Positions 1 through 13,440 of a stretch of DNA of 62,326 nt are shown piece after piece. Both the position numbers and the translations under genes were made by a program. Numbering within the stretch: position 1 is the first letter of the stretch; each line of letters begins with the position of its first letter. Below the pieces are notes generated by a model. That model did not search any database and was not told the DNA's origin. It saw nothing but the letters and a program-made list of their open reading frames with translations. Source of the stretch: Nemertoderma westbladi (taxonomy: Eukaryota; Animalia; Xenacoelomorpha); assembly GCA_032718475.1 (NCBI GenBank), contig JAUCBJ010007239.1, forward strand, positions 1-62,326, in the 5' to 3' direction.

Positions 1-173
1 ATTTTTATCTTATAACCAGTACGGTACATATACTAATTCGTTTATTGTTTTGGTTAGATTCAACTCTTCTTTAACCGGGGTCTTTAATGAAAACCTGGAA
101 TTTATCACATAAAAGGGATAAACTGCAATGTGAAATATAACAGCACATAGTCTGGTATATTTCACTTTGGCCC
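1..173. mobile_element. Right part of a MITE family also present at 51.7-54.3 kb and 58.7-59.1 kb
   Basis: Shares tactaattcgtttattgttttggttagattc and aactgcaa(t/a)gtgaaatataac..tctggtat..ttcac..tggcc with the copy at 58811-59108. Confidence 0.7.
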
Positions 174-664
174 ACTATGTTATAATTGCGTCGATCCTCC
201 CTGGAGTGGAACGGCTTTTAATTGCGTCCAGATTTACCACCGATCTGTCGACGGAATATTACGCTTACTATATTACTAGCGGATATTTATTATTGTTGAC
301 ATTAAATGCCTTCGGGCTTCGGCCTTTAGATATTTAAACACTATCACCTATAATAATTAATATCATCCAATATAATACCGGTTATGACATTTTGACAACA
401 ACCAATGGGAGTGCATGTACATAACATAACTACTACCAAAGGATCCTCATTCACTCTTTAATTCATAACTCGTAAGAATTCATATTATGAAAGATGATCT
501 TATCTGATCTGACCAGGTGATTTGAATAACTCCCGATATCTCATTCTAACGATATGGATGCTGAACATTTTCTCAGTAAGAAGGTAAAAATATTATCTCA
601 ATCTTAATATTTATATTTATGCCTAACCAACAATGATAAGCTTGAGTACAGTACAGTGCCCAAT

Positions 665-995
665 AACTAGAATTCGCCACATCCTTCAATTACCTCGGTA
701 TCCACAAAAAATGGAGCGAATGGTCACCATGATCATCTATACAATAAAGGTTTAGCAGTATGCGGGCGTCTAGCATTCAGAGTAAACCTAAGATTAATGT
801 CGAAAAACTCAGCACACTGTCTGTGGCGATCTATAATATTACCCGCTATCACATACGGAAGCTGTATCTTTGTAGACAATAATCAAGTGGAGGGTCTAAC
901 CCATGTTCAACGTCTCCGCGTGTTCCACTAGAAGTTATGGTGTGGCATCAGCCGATATTCCTCGTCAACAGCCATCCTATTTGCACTAGATGGTC
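665..995 (+). mobile_element. Decayed non-LTR retrotransposon RT C-terminal fragment
   Basis: Manual translation gives SFNYLGIH and, after a frameshift, LWRSIILPAITYGSCIF...KLWCGISRYSSSTAI. These are typical RT thumb/C-terminal motifs, interrupted by stops. Confidence 0.6.
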
Positions 996-1651
996 CAGCT
1001 AGTTGTCCTGTTGATCTACAATGTATTACTGGAAAACGCCGCCGGGCCGGAGCACAGCTAGGGTCGAATGGATGGCACCAAAAACTCTGCAGCGACCCAC
1101 GAGCCGGGCGTCCAACGGTCGGTTGTGTCTGCTGGTTTTGTGGCCATGAGCATTACTTATCAATTATCATGTATTAAAATTCGACCCTGCCGAAGCAACT
1201 TGAGAGTTACTCTGTTTCTTATGGGCTTGCAACGCCCCGACCCAACTTCGGGGGCCGCACCTTTGTAAATATATTGTAAAACTGACTCTTCACTTTTAGG
1301 TTCCTAAACCGTTTTTTAATTCAGATTTTAATTAACAAATGTTTTGGTTTGTTTTTTAATCTATAACAAATTTTACCATATGATGGAAATAAAGTTATCA
1401 ATTTCAAAATTTATATCATATAAGTCACGTTCTGTTCTAAGAGAGAAAGAGTTTACCGGTATATTGATTAATATCGCGGTTGCCACACCGTAGTCTTGGG
1501 TTATGAAAAATAAACCAACTTGAAAATAAGTATATTGGTTAACCTTGTTCAATAGATAGCGCAGTGAGGGTTCATTTAGTTTGGGATCTTAAAAGGGCAA
1601 AATTTGAGATCTTCGAACCCAAATAGAAGCCAACTTCGCTAAACTGTGTAA

Positions 1652-2129
1652 GGGGGCGTTCATAAAGTATGTCACGCAAATTTTTCCGATTTTTGACCCC
1701 CCCCCCCCCCCCCCCCCCTCTGTCACAAAGTGTCACACAAGCTCGACCAACCCCCCCCCGCCCCGACAAAAAATATTTTATTGTAATAATACACAATGTT
1801 TGTTATGCCAAAATACAATATAAATTCAATCACTATATCTACATTTTCCCACGGGCAAGTCAAGTGTTCTTATTCATATATTAATAACAGGTATTACAGT
1901 GTTGTTGGAGTCAATGGCTTCTATGTCCTACTCAATTTATCGATTATACTCAATGTTATTGAGTTTATTGTTTTCCTTAAAGTTACCCACTCTTCTACAC
2001 AAGTGTGAAAGTCAAAGCCAAGCTAACATTAAAGCATAGAACATCGCCATGACCGTCACAAAAGTCGACACCCCCTCCCCCCCTAGTGCGTGACATACTT
2101 TATGAAAAAAAAGTAAAGTAAACGCCCCT
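1652..2129. mobile_element. PIF/Harbinger-type MITE in the clu intron
   Basis: TIR GGGGGCGTTCATAAAGTATGTCACGCA pairs with TGCGTGACATACTTTATGAA..AACGCCCCT (right TIR interrupted by a short A-rich insertion). TAA lies on both flanks. Confidence 0.7.
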
Positions 2130-2200
2130 TAAAACGAACGATTATATACAATTATATAAATATAAATATTAAAATAATATATTTAAACCAACAAACTCAC

Positions 2201-4398
2201 CTGCGATCGTTGCCGATAATCCCCTTACAATCTACGGAGGAACCGATCGGGATCAACTCATTATCATCCCCGAGAACGCAATGCGGCTTAAACTTTAAAT
2301 GTTCCCCGATGGCCGACAGTTTATCGTAATAGGCCGAGTCGCTAACCGTTCGTCTCCCGAAGTCGAACGACCCGTAAACAACGCTGTCCTCCTGTTCGCG
2401 TTCCAGAATACCCGGGATTATAGACTGGCAAGCGACCCGGTAACCCCGGTAGTCGACGATAACCGTCCCGATAAGATGAGTCCCTTCTAAGTCGATCTCG
2501 CTGAAAGCTTTCAATCCTTTTAAATCTGCGTTACAAGCGTAAAATGCTGCGAAATCGCCCCCGAAATCTTTATAATGATCTTTAACATCGAATCCTAAAC
2601 TAAAGAATATATTATTCCAGATGTACATCTGTTGTTTCGGTTCGTCTCCGGGGTTTATCGCGAGAACGTTCCCGTCTACCACGTTCACGGCGCCGCGCGT
2701 GCACGCCGCAACGAAATCCGCGTGAACCTTAAACACCGATTGGTCGCGCGCGACGCGCTGCACGGGGGTGCCGCGCGGCATCTCGCGCGTCAACTGCTGC
2801 TCCTCGTTCCAATCCCGCAGCTGGCCCGTCTGTTCCTCCACCGAGGAGGAACGCTCGCCCCCGGTGTGGAACGCGTCGGTGCAGTGCTCCACGACGGGGG
2901 CCGCCCACGCGTACGTCTGGAATGTGGTGGGGAGTCGCTCGAATATGTGCTTAGCGGCGCGTCGCTTCATCAGCGCGGCCCAGTTCTTCTTGAACGCGGG
3001 GCTGATGAGTTGGAGGAGCTCGACTAGGCTGTGACAGACCGTCTTGGGGTTGGCGGCGCGCGGGTTGAATCGCTCCTCCTTTGAGAGATTCACGTAGAAA
3101 CCCCGAGTGGATGACGTCACAAACAATGACTTGTCCTCCACGGTAACTAAATGGATGTAGAGAAGATCGCCGTGGATACGGCGACACCCCGGGGGCGGGT
3201 TCCAGAACGTTGTCGACATGTGTTTGAGACACTCCTTACTCTTGGCCACATCCTTCGGGGAAGGAAGAAGATGCACCAACGGTCGTTCCTTCCCTAAAGG
3301 AAGTATATGGGAAGGAGGTAGACCTTCGCGCTTCCTATTAGGGGAATCATTACCTGTTTCCCCTTCTAAGATTAGCGGGAGACTTGAGATGCTCTTAAAG
3401 TCTACCCCGAGGTAACTATCAGTCGAGTCAATGCATTTAAGGAGGTCGTGGATGTGTCGCAGGTGGATTTTAGTTTCTCGCAGCGTGTAAGGAGTGTCGT
3501 ATGTCTCGATAACGCTGCCTTCCCCGATCTTCGCATAGTTTTTGAGTTCCGTGAAAAGGTCGAGGTTGACGCCTTCGTGACGGAGGCCGAAACAGGTTCG
3601 ATGACATGTCTCCTCTCGGTCTATCAGTACCTGGTAGAGCTCTTGGACCATGTCGGCCTTGGTTAGGGGCACCTCGAAGGGGTCAAACCCGTGGGGTTGG
3701 ACGGTGACGGTGAATGGGAGGAAGTCAGCGGGTTGTTGGGTGGATGGGTCAGCTGGTTGCTGGGTGGATGGGTCAGTGGGTTGCTGGGTGGATGGGTCAG
3801 CGGGTTGCTGGGTTGATGCGTCAGCGGGTTGCTGGGTGGAAGGGTCAACTGGTTGTTGGGTTGATTGGTCAGTGGGTTGCTTGATTGATGCGTCAGCGGG
3901 TTGTTGGGTGCCTGGGTTAGGGGTTTTTCTGTTCAACGAATCATTGGATTGCTGGGTTGATTGTGCTACCCCAGCTGATAATTCCTCATCTTCTGGGTCG
4001 GGTATGGCCTGATGGGTTCGATTATCTATTCCATTGTCCATTGCGCTTGCAGGTATATGATCCCCACTGGTAGCCATTGCCTCATCATCTATTGAAGGTG
4101 TTGTGTAAGAACGGTTTGTGCACTCGTCCTGACAGATATTGCCATTAACCGCTACCTGTACTGGTTCGTGATTAATCGCTAGGCCTATACCAATTTCGGC
4201 TGAATCCACTGAATTAGTGTTTATTGGTTTATTAGTACCGGTACTGGTAGGCTGATATGCCTTTGTGTGTAAACTCTCATTATTTGATGGCGCCACATCA
4301 GCAGTTGACATAGCAACGGGTTCAATTATAGTAACCGGATCAGATTCACTTCCATTAACATTAGAATAATCCAATGTCTGAGATTTATGTTCATCCAT
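2201..4398 (-). CDS. clu: Clustered mitochondria protein (clueless/CLUH), first coding exon covering CLU_N and CLU domains; gene continues beyond the left edge
   Basis: Motifs ETCHRTCF, WNPPPGxRRIHGDLLY, STRGFYVN, QLRDWNEE, MYIWNNIFFSLGFDV, DYRGYRVxCQSIIPGIL, CKGIIGND. The ORF ends at a consensus donor CAG|GTGAGT (plus-strand 2200-2195). An acceptor ttttag lies about 45 nt upstream of the ATG. Confidence 0.95.
3722..3910 (-). repeat. 24-bp coding tandem repeat (STQQPADP)n in the Clu N-terminal extension
   Basis: About 8 imperfect 8-aa units in the ORF translation. Confidence 0.85.
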
Positions 4399-5129
4399 AT
4401 TTCGTATTTAGATTTCAGGTCTACTTAATTATTTAACACACTATCTAAAAGGAACATAAAATCTAATAATGTAATACCGGTACTGTAATACTGTAATAGT
4501 AAACGCAAACACAACCATAAAATAAATTCCATAGGTCTATATGGTAAAAATGTATGATTACCGCAGTCCTAATATGCTAATTAACTTGTTAGGCAAATTA
4601 TTTATTCGCGCCGCACATGCTCAAATTTGCGTCACCTTAACTCAAAATTCACACCGAGCCATATCCAAAATCACTGTCTGTCTGTATCAATATTTTTTAC
4701 CGCGGCAGCTACAAAATGTAAATTAAAATAATGACCGTACGGTACAGTATGCGTATATTGGTCTTTCAGTATGTTTGGTAAATAAGATATATATATGTTT
4801 ACAAAATGCAGACAAATAAAATAAAGTACAGAAGTATAATAGATAGGCCTACATAACATATCTATTATCTATACCAGACCAGTATACTGCTATATCAGAA
4901 TGCCAGAAAGACAACGACTTCAATAGGCCTAATTATTATTTTTATTATTGACACCTCGTTTATTTTAAAATAGATGAGGGAGAAAATCAACAAGGTTACA
5001 GTACAGGACACGTAACACTAGTGTTACAACAGTGCGTTACACTAGTGATAAAACACATGATAAAACACATGATAAAACAATTAATTAATTAACTACATAG
5101 ATCTATTTAATTTACAATATTGTAACAGG

Positions 5130-5670
5130 TTTACCTCCTTTAGCTTTGAACTGAAGCTTTGAACCGTAATGTCCTTGCTGGCGGAGTTTACAATGGTAGA
5201 AGATAAATTGTTCCAAATTGAAACAACTCTATTTCTAAAGCAATATTGACTGATCTGTAGTCTCGAGCGGTGTCAGGGTGTTGAAATAATTTAAAATTGT
5301 GGCCTCTTGAACCTGAACTACTGTAATTGCACCAGTGAAGAAAGAATCTGAGTCTAAGTCAACACATTTATTATATAATAATAATATATATTACAAGTAA
5401 ATTTCAAATCAAAAATTAACCTACGCACTTCCAGCGGCTGCAAGTCCAAAAACTGTAAACGTTCTATTTAACTACGTTTATCCAATCCACATCGAGCAAA
5501 TAACCTTCGCGTGAAATAACGTTGCGCCCTTTCGATTAAATCAATACATCTCAAATTAAAGGGCGACCAAACTGGAGTACAGTATTCTACTAAGTTAAAC
5601 TAAAAGTATATGCGGAATTTTTAAGATCTATTGGTGACTGATGAGAAGCAAGAAGAGCTGAAATGAAATG
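5130..5670 (-). mobile_element. CR1/Jockey-group LINE 3' fragment
   Basis: The reverse strand encodes TPVWSPFNLRCIDLIERAQRYFTRRL, RGHNFKL and IWNNL, with stops and frameshifts. Confidence 0.75.
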
Positions 5671-5936
5671 TTCCTGAATAAAAAAATATTCTGACTGTCA
5701 GTACAAATTATTAGACCGCAAATACTTTTATGTTATTTTGGGTAGATAATGGCGGTATGACCAGACCAGCTGACGGTACCGGTAGCGGCAATGGATAACT
5801 TATAGGGCTAAAGTCTTTGTCTACTTCATACTGTCTGACTATTATACAGTTGCAGTAGGCCTACTGCAGTAATGGATAAAAATAATAGTTAAAATAACAG
5901 AATAAATGTATAGGCCTAAATTTTCAGCACCGGCTG

Positions 5937-6716
5937 ACCGGTGTATGCAGAGAATTTTCACTTCCCAGGCACCAGGCAAAATCACTCCCCGGTTAAAATT
6001 CCCTAGCACCTAGTGCAGTAGTGTATTCTCATTCCCGGGGTGTATTTTCCCCACCGGTCTGCCAGTAGTGTATTTTAACCCCCTCCGCCCTCCAGTGCAG
6101 CAGTGAAAACTCACCCCTGTATTTATCAATTTTCACTCTGTCAGTCTGTGCAAATCCATCACCGGTTAAATTTTACTAGTTGCTAGTCAGCTAGTGTAGG
6201 CCTAGTGTATTCTCACTCCCGGCTGCCCGCTCACCGCTGCCCGGTGTATTTTTTTTGTAGGCCTATCTTCTAAAGTAGCATAGGGCAGTAGGGCTGTAGG
6301 GGCCTACCTACTTTTGAATATATATAAAACCGTGATAACTAATCTGTGTACTACTGTCTGTACTACTTACTATCTGCAGATCTGACTATAGCTATAGCTG
6401 TATACTGGTATATCAGTATATAGGCTGATAGGTATCTGTGGTCATGTGTTCGCTTAATTGTAGGATTATACTGTTATATCGAATTTAAATTATATTGAAA
6501 TTTAAAATATCATGGGGGGGGGGGGGGTTAAGATAAGAATACACAGAGGGGGGTTAAATTTCACTAAAAAATCACCCAGAGTAGTTTCAGAGTTTCACGT
6601 CATCCCCGGTTAAAATATACCCCAGCAGTTAACAGGTTAATACTGAATTCTAACCGGGGGTGAATTTTTAGGGCAGTAGGCTGGTAGGGGGGGTGGAAAT
6701 TCTCTGCTACAACGGT
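5937..6716. mobile_element. Old non-autonomous TIR element with internal ccccggttaaaat repeats
   Basis: accggtgtatgcagagaattttcac pairs with gtggaaattctctgctacaacggt. No clear TSD. Confidence 0.5.
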
Positions 6717-8364
6717 ATAATGGTGAAACCATAAGAGATTTTAACAATGCTAAATGAAAAAGTAGGCCTACCGCGCCGTACTGACGTTGGGTGTTTTTCA
6801 CACAATTCCAAATTCCGCGAACCTTTATTTAATTTCCGCGCACAACAGCACAAGGCAGCAAGGCGTTGCGAGCAGCCTGGCTGCTGTACAACAGATACTA
6901 ATTCGTTTATTGTTTTGGTTTTTATTGTTACCGGTATTGTTTTGGATTTTTTTTAGTGAAAAACCTGGTAGGGGGCAGGGGCCTATTCTTCGTCTTCACA
7001 TGACTTCTGATGTGACATCAGCACATGGTGCGATGGACAGATGGGGGTATACTCTGATTACTCAGCTAGTACAATCAAATTATACCTAAATTCGAAAACA
7101 TCTAGGCCTAATGTCTAAACTGAATGTCACATGTAACATACTGACATAAGGCAGCAAGGGCTGAGGGGGGCATTGCTGCATTGCCAGAAAAAAATAATAC
7201 AATAAAAAAATAATACAATTTAATATGGTACCGGTACCAGTACACGTAGGCCTACCGGTACGACAAGTAAAAATGTCATGCCATTGCTGCATTGGGTTGA
7301 TTAGAGAGAATACTGGACTAGGGCGTGATTTTAATAGTGCTCTAGTATTAATTCAGGTACGTACGTCATCCTACCCTGACCAATGGGAGCCTCCAGCACT
7401 CCCAGTCGGGAACCAATTAATCCTCACAACACAACAAAATACTTATCCAATGGTCGAATGGCTTACTCCACGTTGCCTACTGGGTTCTCCTCTAAGTTTA
7501 ATGCAGTAACCATAGTGTTATCTTATCTTCGTTAGTACAGTATGAGTTAAACAACTATAAGGCCCTGTAAGGATAATCTGGGTCGACCTTCACTCACTGT
7601 ACAAACTGATTTCCCATTACCGCAAAATAATTGCCTTAGAAATTAGTTCGTTTCTTCCCGTCAGAGTTGAAAATTGGATTTTATCCACCAAACCATAACG
7701 ACATCTTTACATGTTAACGATATTAATCAACGTTCCCTCCCTCCAAAATTATCTTAGAGGAAATTGATTTATTAAAAATTAAACAAATCATATAAATTTT
7801 AAAATTAAAATTAACATATTCAAAATTAAACTAATTTAACCAACAACAGTAAGAATTTAGGCTTCAAGCAATGAAGTTAATATAATAGAGGGGAAAAACA
7901 TAAGCCAAGCCAAATTGCTTTTGATTAGATATTGGAGAGAGAAGAGGTTAACTTGAAATGGAGTGAATAACCTCGCCCTACTGATAATATAACGCACCAA
8001 CACTTACTTCCATTACACGGTAAGTATAGTAAGTAACTCTCTCCAATTGATCATTGATCGTAGTGTATTCATAAATCCAACAATGGCAATGATTGCATAC
8101 AAACTACTTACATTATTATAATACATTTTAGCTGTACATTTCTTAATTACTTTAAATACTCACACAATGGATGCACTACGACTATAATAGTTGGTTGATG
8201 AACTTTTTGATCATTGTGTGCATACTCATTGTCATCCGTCTGATGTTGTTACATGTTGGAAAGATCACCCGGCTGTGTTCTTGATATAGAGAACGTGATT
8301 TATACTCACCTACTACAGCAATTACAGTATATGACACTATAGATGATGGACGGCTTGCACTAAG

Positions 8365-9519
8365 GGGTGTTTGATAAAGGTGGACTGGACACAAAAAACA
8401 TGGACAACAAACAGACCAATCAGAAATGTGTTAAGCAAAGCAGTTTGTAGCGATGGGTCTGTCCACCCTTTTCAAGTTTTCGCTTTCTTAGTTACATAAT
8501 TGGGAATAAGATGTGTGTTTGAAAAAGGTGGACTGGACACAGGCACATAAAATATAGATAATAGTAAGCAATGCTGTTTTGTAGTGATTGGACTGTCTAC
8601 CTTTTTCAGGTTTCAATTATCTATCTATAATCGGCATGCTGGAAGCAACTGCATTAAGAATGCTGCCGGTGTCCTAGGCGTATCTAACCCCCCCCCCCCC
8701 CCCCCCCCCCGCGCGGATTGCCACCCTATAGATGACTTACAGTATAAAAATAGCAGGTCTAGCGTACCGTACAGCACTTTAACTTTGATTTATTGGTTTA
8801 TTTTTGTGGTTAGGTTAGTTGGTCAGGCCCAAACCCTAATTAAAACTGTCATTAGTAACCCTATAACCTTAGAGTCATGATGCTCTACAGTAATCTAAGT
8901 AATTTTGTGGAATTTAGGATCAGAAATATTTAAGGTTACATGACAGTTTTAATTAAGGTTTTGGGCCTCCATTTCCACTTTGAATTAGGGTTTCGGACCG
9001 CAACTCCCAAAATATGGGAACTTAATTTACCTCCCTCGCTGCACTCGGTCGTTTAATAACAGATCACGGGATGAACGGTAAATAAAGCATATTATATTTC
9101 CCTCACAGTACAATAGGTAGTTATTATAATTAACTTTATACTGTAATGCGTTAGAATATTGACGTTCCAATATTGATGCTAAGGCTCAGCTCACAGACTT
9201 CGTGGCTCGCCCCATATTATTGAACTATGCCTATTTTGACAACTTCGGTTGGTCACAGTTGGGATAATACTAACAATAATAATCCATAAAAACCTTCTGA
9301 AAATTTATGAAAAACGTGGACAGAGCTGCTATAATGTGCAAATCAATCTTGGTCAATTCATTGCCTGTTCTTTCTCAACCCAATCCACCTTATTCAAATT
9401 TGAAAAAGGTGGACAACATAAGCTGTTAAAGGTGGACATGCTGTGTGACGCAAATTGCCCGTGATTGGTCTGTGCATTGTCCATGTTTTCTGTGTCCAGT
9501 CCACCTTTTTCAAACACTC
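8365..9519. mobile_element. Mutator-like (MULE) non-autonomous element
   Basis: TIRs of about 60 bp (GgGTGTTTGA.AAAGGTGGACTGGACACA..CAGACCAATCA) and a perfect 9-bp TSD tgcactaag at 8356-8364 and 9520-9528. Confidence 0.8.
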
Positions 9520-9533
9520 TGCACTAAGGTGCG

Positions 9534-10141
9534 CAGTGCCGGTGGACCCAGCAACATAGTGCCCCCAGATCTCGCGGTCAGCCAAACACAGTGCCGGCGG
9601 ACCCAGCAACATAGAATCCCAAGATCTCACGGTCAGCCACATACAGTGCCGGCGGACCCAGCAACATACTGACATAGCGCCCCCAGATCTCACGATCAGC
9701 CCCACACAGTGCTGGTAGACCCAGCAACATAGCGCCTCTAGATTTCATGGTCAGCCATTCACAGTGCCGGCGGACCCAGCAACATAGCGTCCCAAGATCT
9801 CACGGTCAGCCACACACAGGGCCGGCGGACCCAGCAACATAGCGTCCCAAGATCTCATGGTCAGCCACACACAGGGCCGGCGGACCCAGCAACATAGCGT
9901 CCCAAGATCTCACGGTCAGCCACACACAGGGCCGGCGGACCCAGCAACATAGCGTCCCAAGATCTCACGGTCAGCCACACACAGGGCCGGCGGACCCAGC
10001 AACATAGCGTCCCAAGATCTCATGGTCAGCCACACACAGGGCCGGCGGACCCAGCAACATAGCGTCCCAAGATCTCACAGTCAGCCACACACAGTGCCGG
10101 CGTACCCAGCAACATAGCGCCCCCAGATCTAACGGTCAGCC
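9534..10141. repeat. 55-bp minisatellite, about 11 copies
   Basis: Unit gccggcggacccagcaacatagcgtcccaagatctcacggtcagccacacacagg; aacat recurs at 9781, 9836 and 9891. Confidence 0.95.
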
Positions 10142-10580
10142 TGTTAAAGCTATTGCGGTAAAAATGTGTCGTTTTGTGCAATTCTCGAACTACTCTAAAA
10201 GAGCCAGCATTATTTTAAAGTATTAGAGAATGGATAGACTTATGCCCTCTAGCGTTTGTTTTAGTACAGAGATACCATGACGAAATTAGCCAGCTGTTTC
10301 TTTATGCGTATGTTATATTTCGGCCAATCAGCGCGATTTTGGGTTTACTGCCTTTGTTGACATGAAAATGACGCAATGCGACAAAATACTGACTTTTTGA
10401 CTTTGCCCAGAGCATCAGTGGTCAGAGAAAATCATAGAACGCAAATCAATTAACTTTCCACTTTCCATTCTGACTTTCCACTCTCTGGACACTCTCAATA
10501 GCAACACATCCTGACATTCTGACACTGCCGGCACTGCATCCCTTATACTGTTTTTATACTGTTATTATATAATGTGTTTG

Positions 10581-11903
10581 CATCAGTCATGAATCGCATC
10601 AGGGATCCCATTGATTGAGAGACTGCTCCGTGGAAATCAGAATGGGTTCCGTAAATGTCGTGGGACCATGGAGCCCATTTTGGCACTTAGAAGAATAATT
10701 GAAGAGTTATCAAAAAAGAAAGACAGGCATCTGGCTGTTATCTTTGTTGACTTCTTCAAGGCCTTTGATTCAGTCTCTCGCTCACGTATGTTCAGCATAC
10801 TTTCATTATATGGGATTCCTGATGAAATTATTGCAGCAATCAGATCAGTATACGAAGGTTTGACAACATTTGTGTCTACTGTTGACGGTGACACAGAACC
10901 ATTTGAAGTGTTATGGGACGTCCTCCGGGGAGACACACTTGCACCATTCTTGTTCATAATTGTTGTTGACTATGTTCTACGCATATCCTTAGATCATCAT
11001 AATGATGATGGGGTGATGATAACTCCACCTACTGGCTCCAGAAGTCGAGGAAATCCTGCCAAGTACCTAACTGATCTAGACTTTGCTGATGACTTAGGAG
11101 TACTCTCAGAATCACTAGAGGGAGCCCAACGGCTCCTCAGCTCATTAGAACATGCTGCTTCTAGTGTTGGTCTTTTTATTAACTCCAGAAAGACCAAAAT
11201 TTTGACAGTTAACTTTGAAAGTCCTCAGCAAGTCTCTGATCGGATGAGCATAAGCTCAAAAGATGGTATGCTTGAGCATGTGGATGACTTCTGTTACCTG
11301 GTATCATGAATCCGGAAGTCAGGTGAGGACCTTCGAATTCGTAAGGGAAAGGCATGGGCAGCCTTGAATAGGCTTTCCATGATTTGGAAGTCACCGAGAA
11401 TTAATCGGAAACTTAAGGTCCGATTATTTAGAGCAGCAGTAGTTCCAGTACTCCTCTATGGGAGTCAATGCTGGTCTCTAACTGCTGAGGACACCAAATC
11501 TCTGGATGGCACATTCCACAAGAATGCTTCGCCGGGTTCATTGTGTCAAGTACAATGCACACATCTCCAACCAGACACTATATAACATTGTAGGTGTCTC
11601 ATTGGTTTCCCCAAGCTTGACACTAGAACAAAATCGCCTCCGCTTCGCAGGACATTGCTTTCGCCGTGAGGACCAGCCAGTGCATAATCTTGTACTTTGG
11701 CAGCCTCATGGAGTGAATAAGCATGGTGGACAGCCCATGACTTTCTTGAGACGCATCTTAAAGGATACTAGCCTTGAAGATGCGGATGATCTAGCAAATT
11801 TCATGTGTGATAGGGAGTTGTGGCGGTGCAATTTTGTCGATAAGCCAGCACAGCATTCTTAAAAATGCAGCTGCAATGCAGCATGCCGATCCTAGTAGTA
11901 GTA
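10581..11903 (+). mobile_element. 5'-truncated RTE-clade LINE with a frameshifted RT
   Basis: QNGFR, FVDFFKAFDSV, GDTLAPFLF, DLDFADD, RLRFAGHC and LWQPHG across three ORF pieces. (TAG)n tail and a 7-bp TSD gtgtttg at 10574-10580 and 11904-11910. Confidence 0.9.
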
Positions 11904-11929
11904 GTGTTTGTAACTCATTTAATCGATGC

Positions 11930-13440
11930 TTATATTTGGAGAATACTTATGAATAACCGATAATTACCTTGACTTTCTTGATTATTGAGGTAAGCAGAGG
12001 TGAACATTAGTAACAATTGCTTGGTTCATATTACAGTGGTTTGTATGAATTCATGCTATTTCATAACCTCCAACGTATGTGAGCTAAATTTCCCCTTATA
12101 TGTGAGTAAAATTGCTGACAGTTGGCAAATTAGCGTATTTCAGTACTATTGTCAGTTCCGGGAGTGTGAACGATTAATAATACATTCCTAAAGAATGTAA
12201 ACATTTGCATTATCTCATGACCATCCATTGTAATTAGTATAAGTCATAACTCTGTATGGTATTTAAAGCGCAGCATCTAGAGAAACTGCTGGTATTTCCC
12301 TGAAAATAAACATAGTTTTTGGAGATTATATAGTACAGATCAATCAAATAATACAAGGTAGCCTACCCCTCTCTCTGCCATAGCATTCAGTCTCCCACAC
12401 CCGGTGGGTCATACGCCGTGCTAGACTGACTTCGGCTGTGTTCATATTTTGTATGGGCTGTCAGACATTATAAGACACATAAATTAGCATGTGGGGCGAG
12501 CCACGAAGTGAGTGAGCCTTAGCGTAGTGGTACCATTAATCAACCTGTCGTTCTGTCGTTCTGTCGCGTTTTTTTTCAGTATTTTATTTTAAACGTTAAT
12601 AACTCGGCCAATCCTTGATGAAATCTATCCAAACTTGGTACACATGTTGTTTGGCAAAAGTTTGAAAATTTTCCAAGTAGAATTTGCGTGGGGCCTTCGT
12701 GCAGCATCAGTGTAACTGTTATTGCAGTTATAATAAATTTATTTATCCAAATTTAAAATGCGTTAAATTATTATTACTTGTTCGCGCTTTCAGACCTTTG
12801 GCAGTTTAACCCGCCAAATTAAGATGTCTTCTAGATATTAAATCGCTTTTTAGCCTATGACAAGTATTTGATTCACTACACTAGTCGAAACCAATCCGTG
12901 CGCGACCATTCACCCGCTGGATATTCCCGGGAGATTGGGTTCGACGGTTTAATTTTATTGCTATGTAAGCTTAATGTATTATTCGACTGACAGTATTATA
13001 TAATCTCTGACAATATTATTCACCTTCGGGAATATTAACAGTTCCTTTAGGACGTGGCGCTTTATCTATATAAACAGAGTTATGACTTAAACTACTCACA
13101 ACGATATGGCTTAATTATAATTCACATATATGGCGCATTCTTTAGGAATTGCTTCTTTAACAGACTCGCTCATACGCAATGCTGCACAATACTGCACACT
13201 AATCTGCCAATCTTCACTGATTTTAATCACATATAAAAGGAACACAGACTGACTCATGTAGGGTCTATCAAATAACATTAGATTCACTTCAAACCACTTT
13301 AACATAAGTCACAATCGTTATTGGTAACCTTTCTCTCTTACCTTCGGTATATCAAGAATATTGGGTGTCGGGGTTATTTCTCGTTATTCCAATATAATAA
13401 TTCATCAACAAATATAATGAATAACCGACAACAAATAGCA
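11930..13440. mobile_element. Old foldback-like element with long diverged inverted arms
   Basis: About 12095-12205 is an inverted, diverged match to about 13130-13237 (spurious ORFs YVSKIADSWQISV and YVIKISEDWQISV on opposite strands). Boundaries are approximate. Confidence 0.4.
12491..12706. mobile_element. Short copy of the Helentron-type (HINE/DINE-1/Pearl-like) family
   Basis: gtggggcgagccacgaag..gagccttagc end (as at 60318; reverse complement at about 9178-9215), (ctgtcgtt)n repeat and gtggggccttcgtgcagca motif. Confidence 0.5.
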
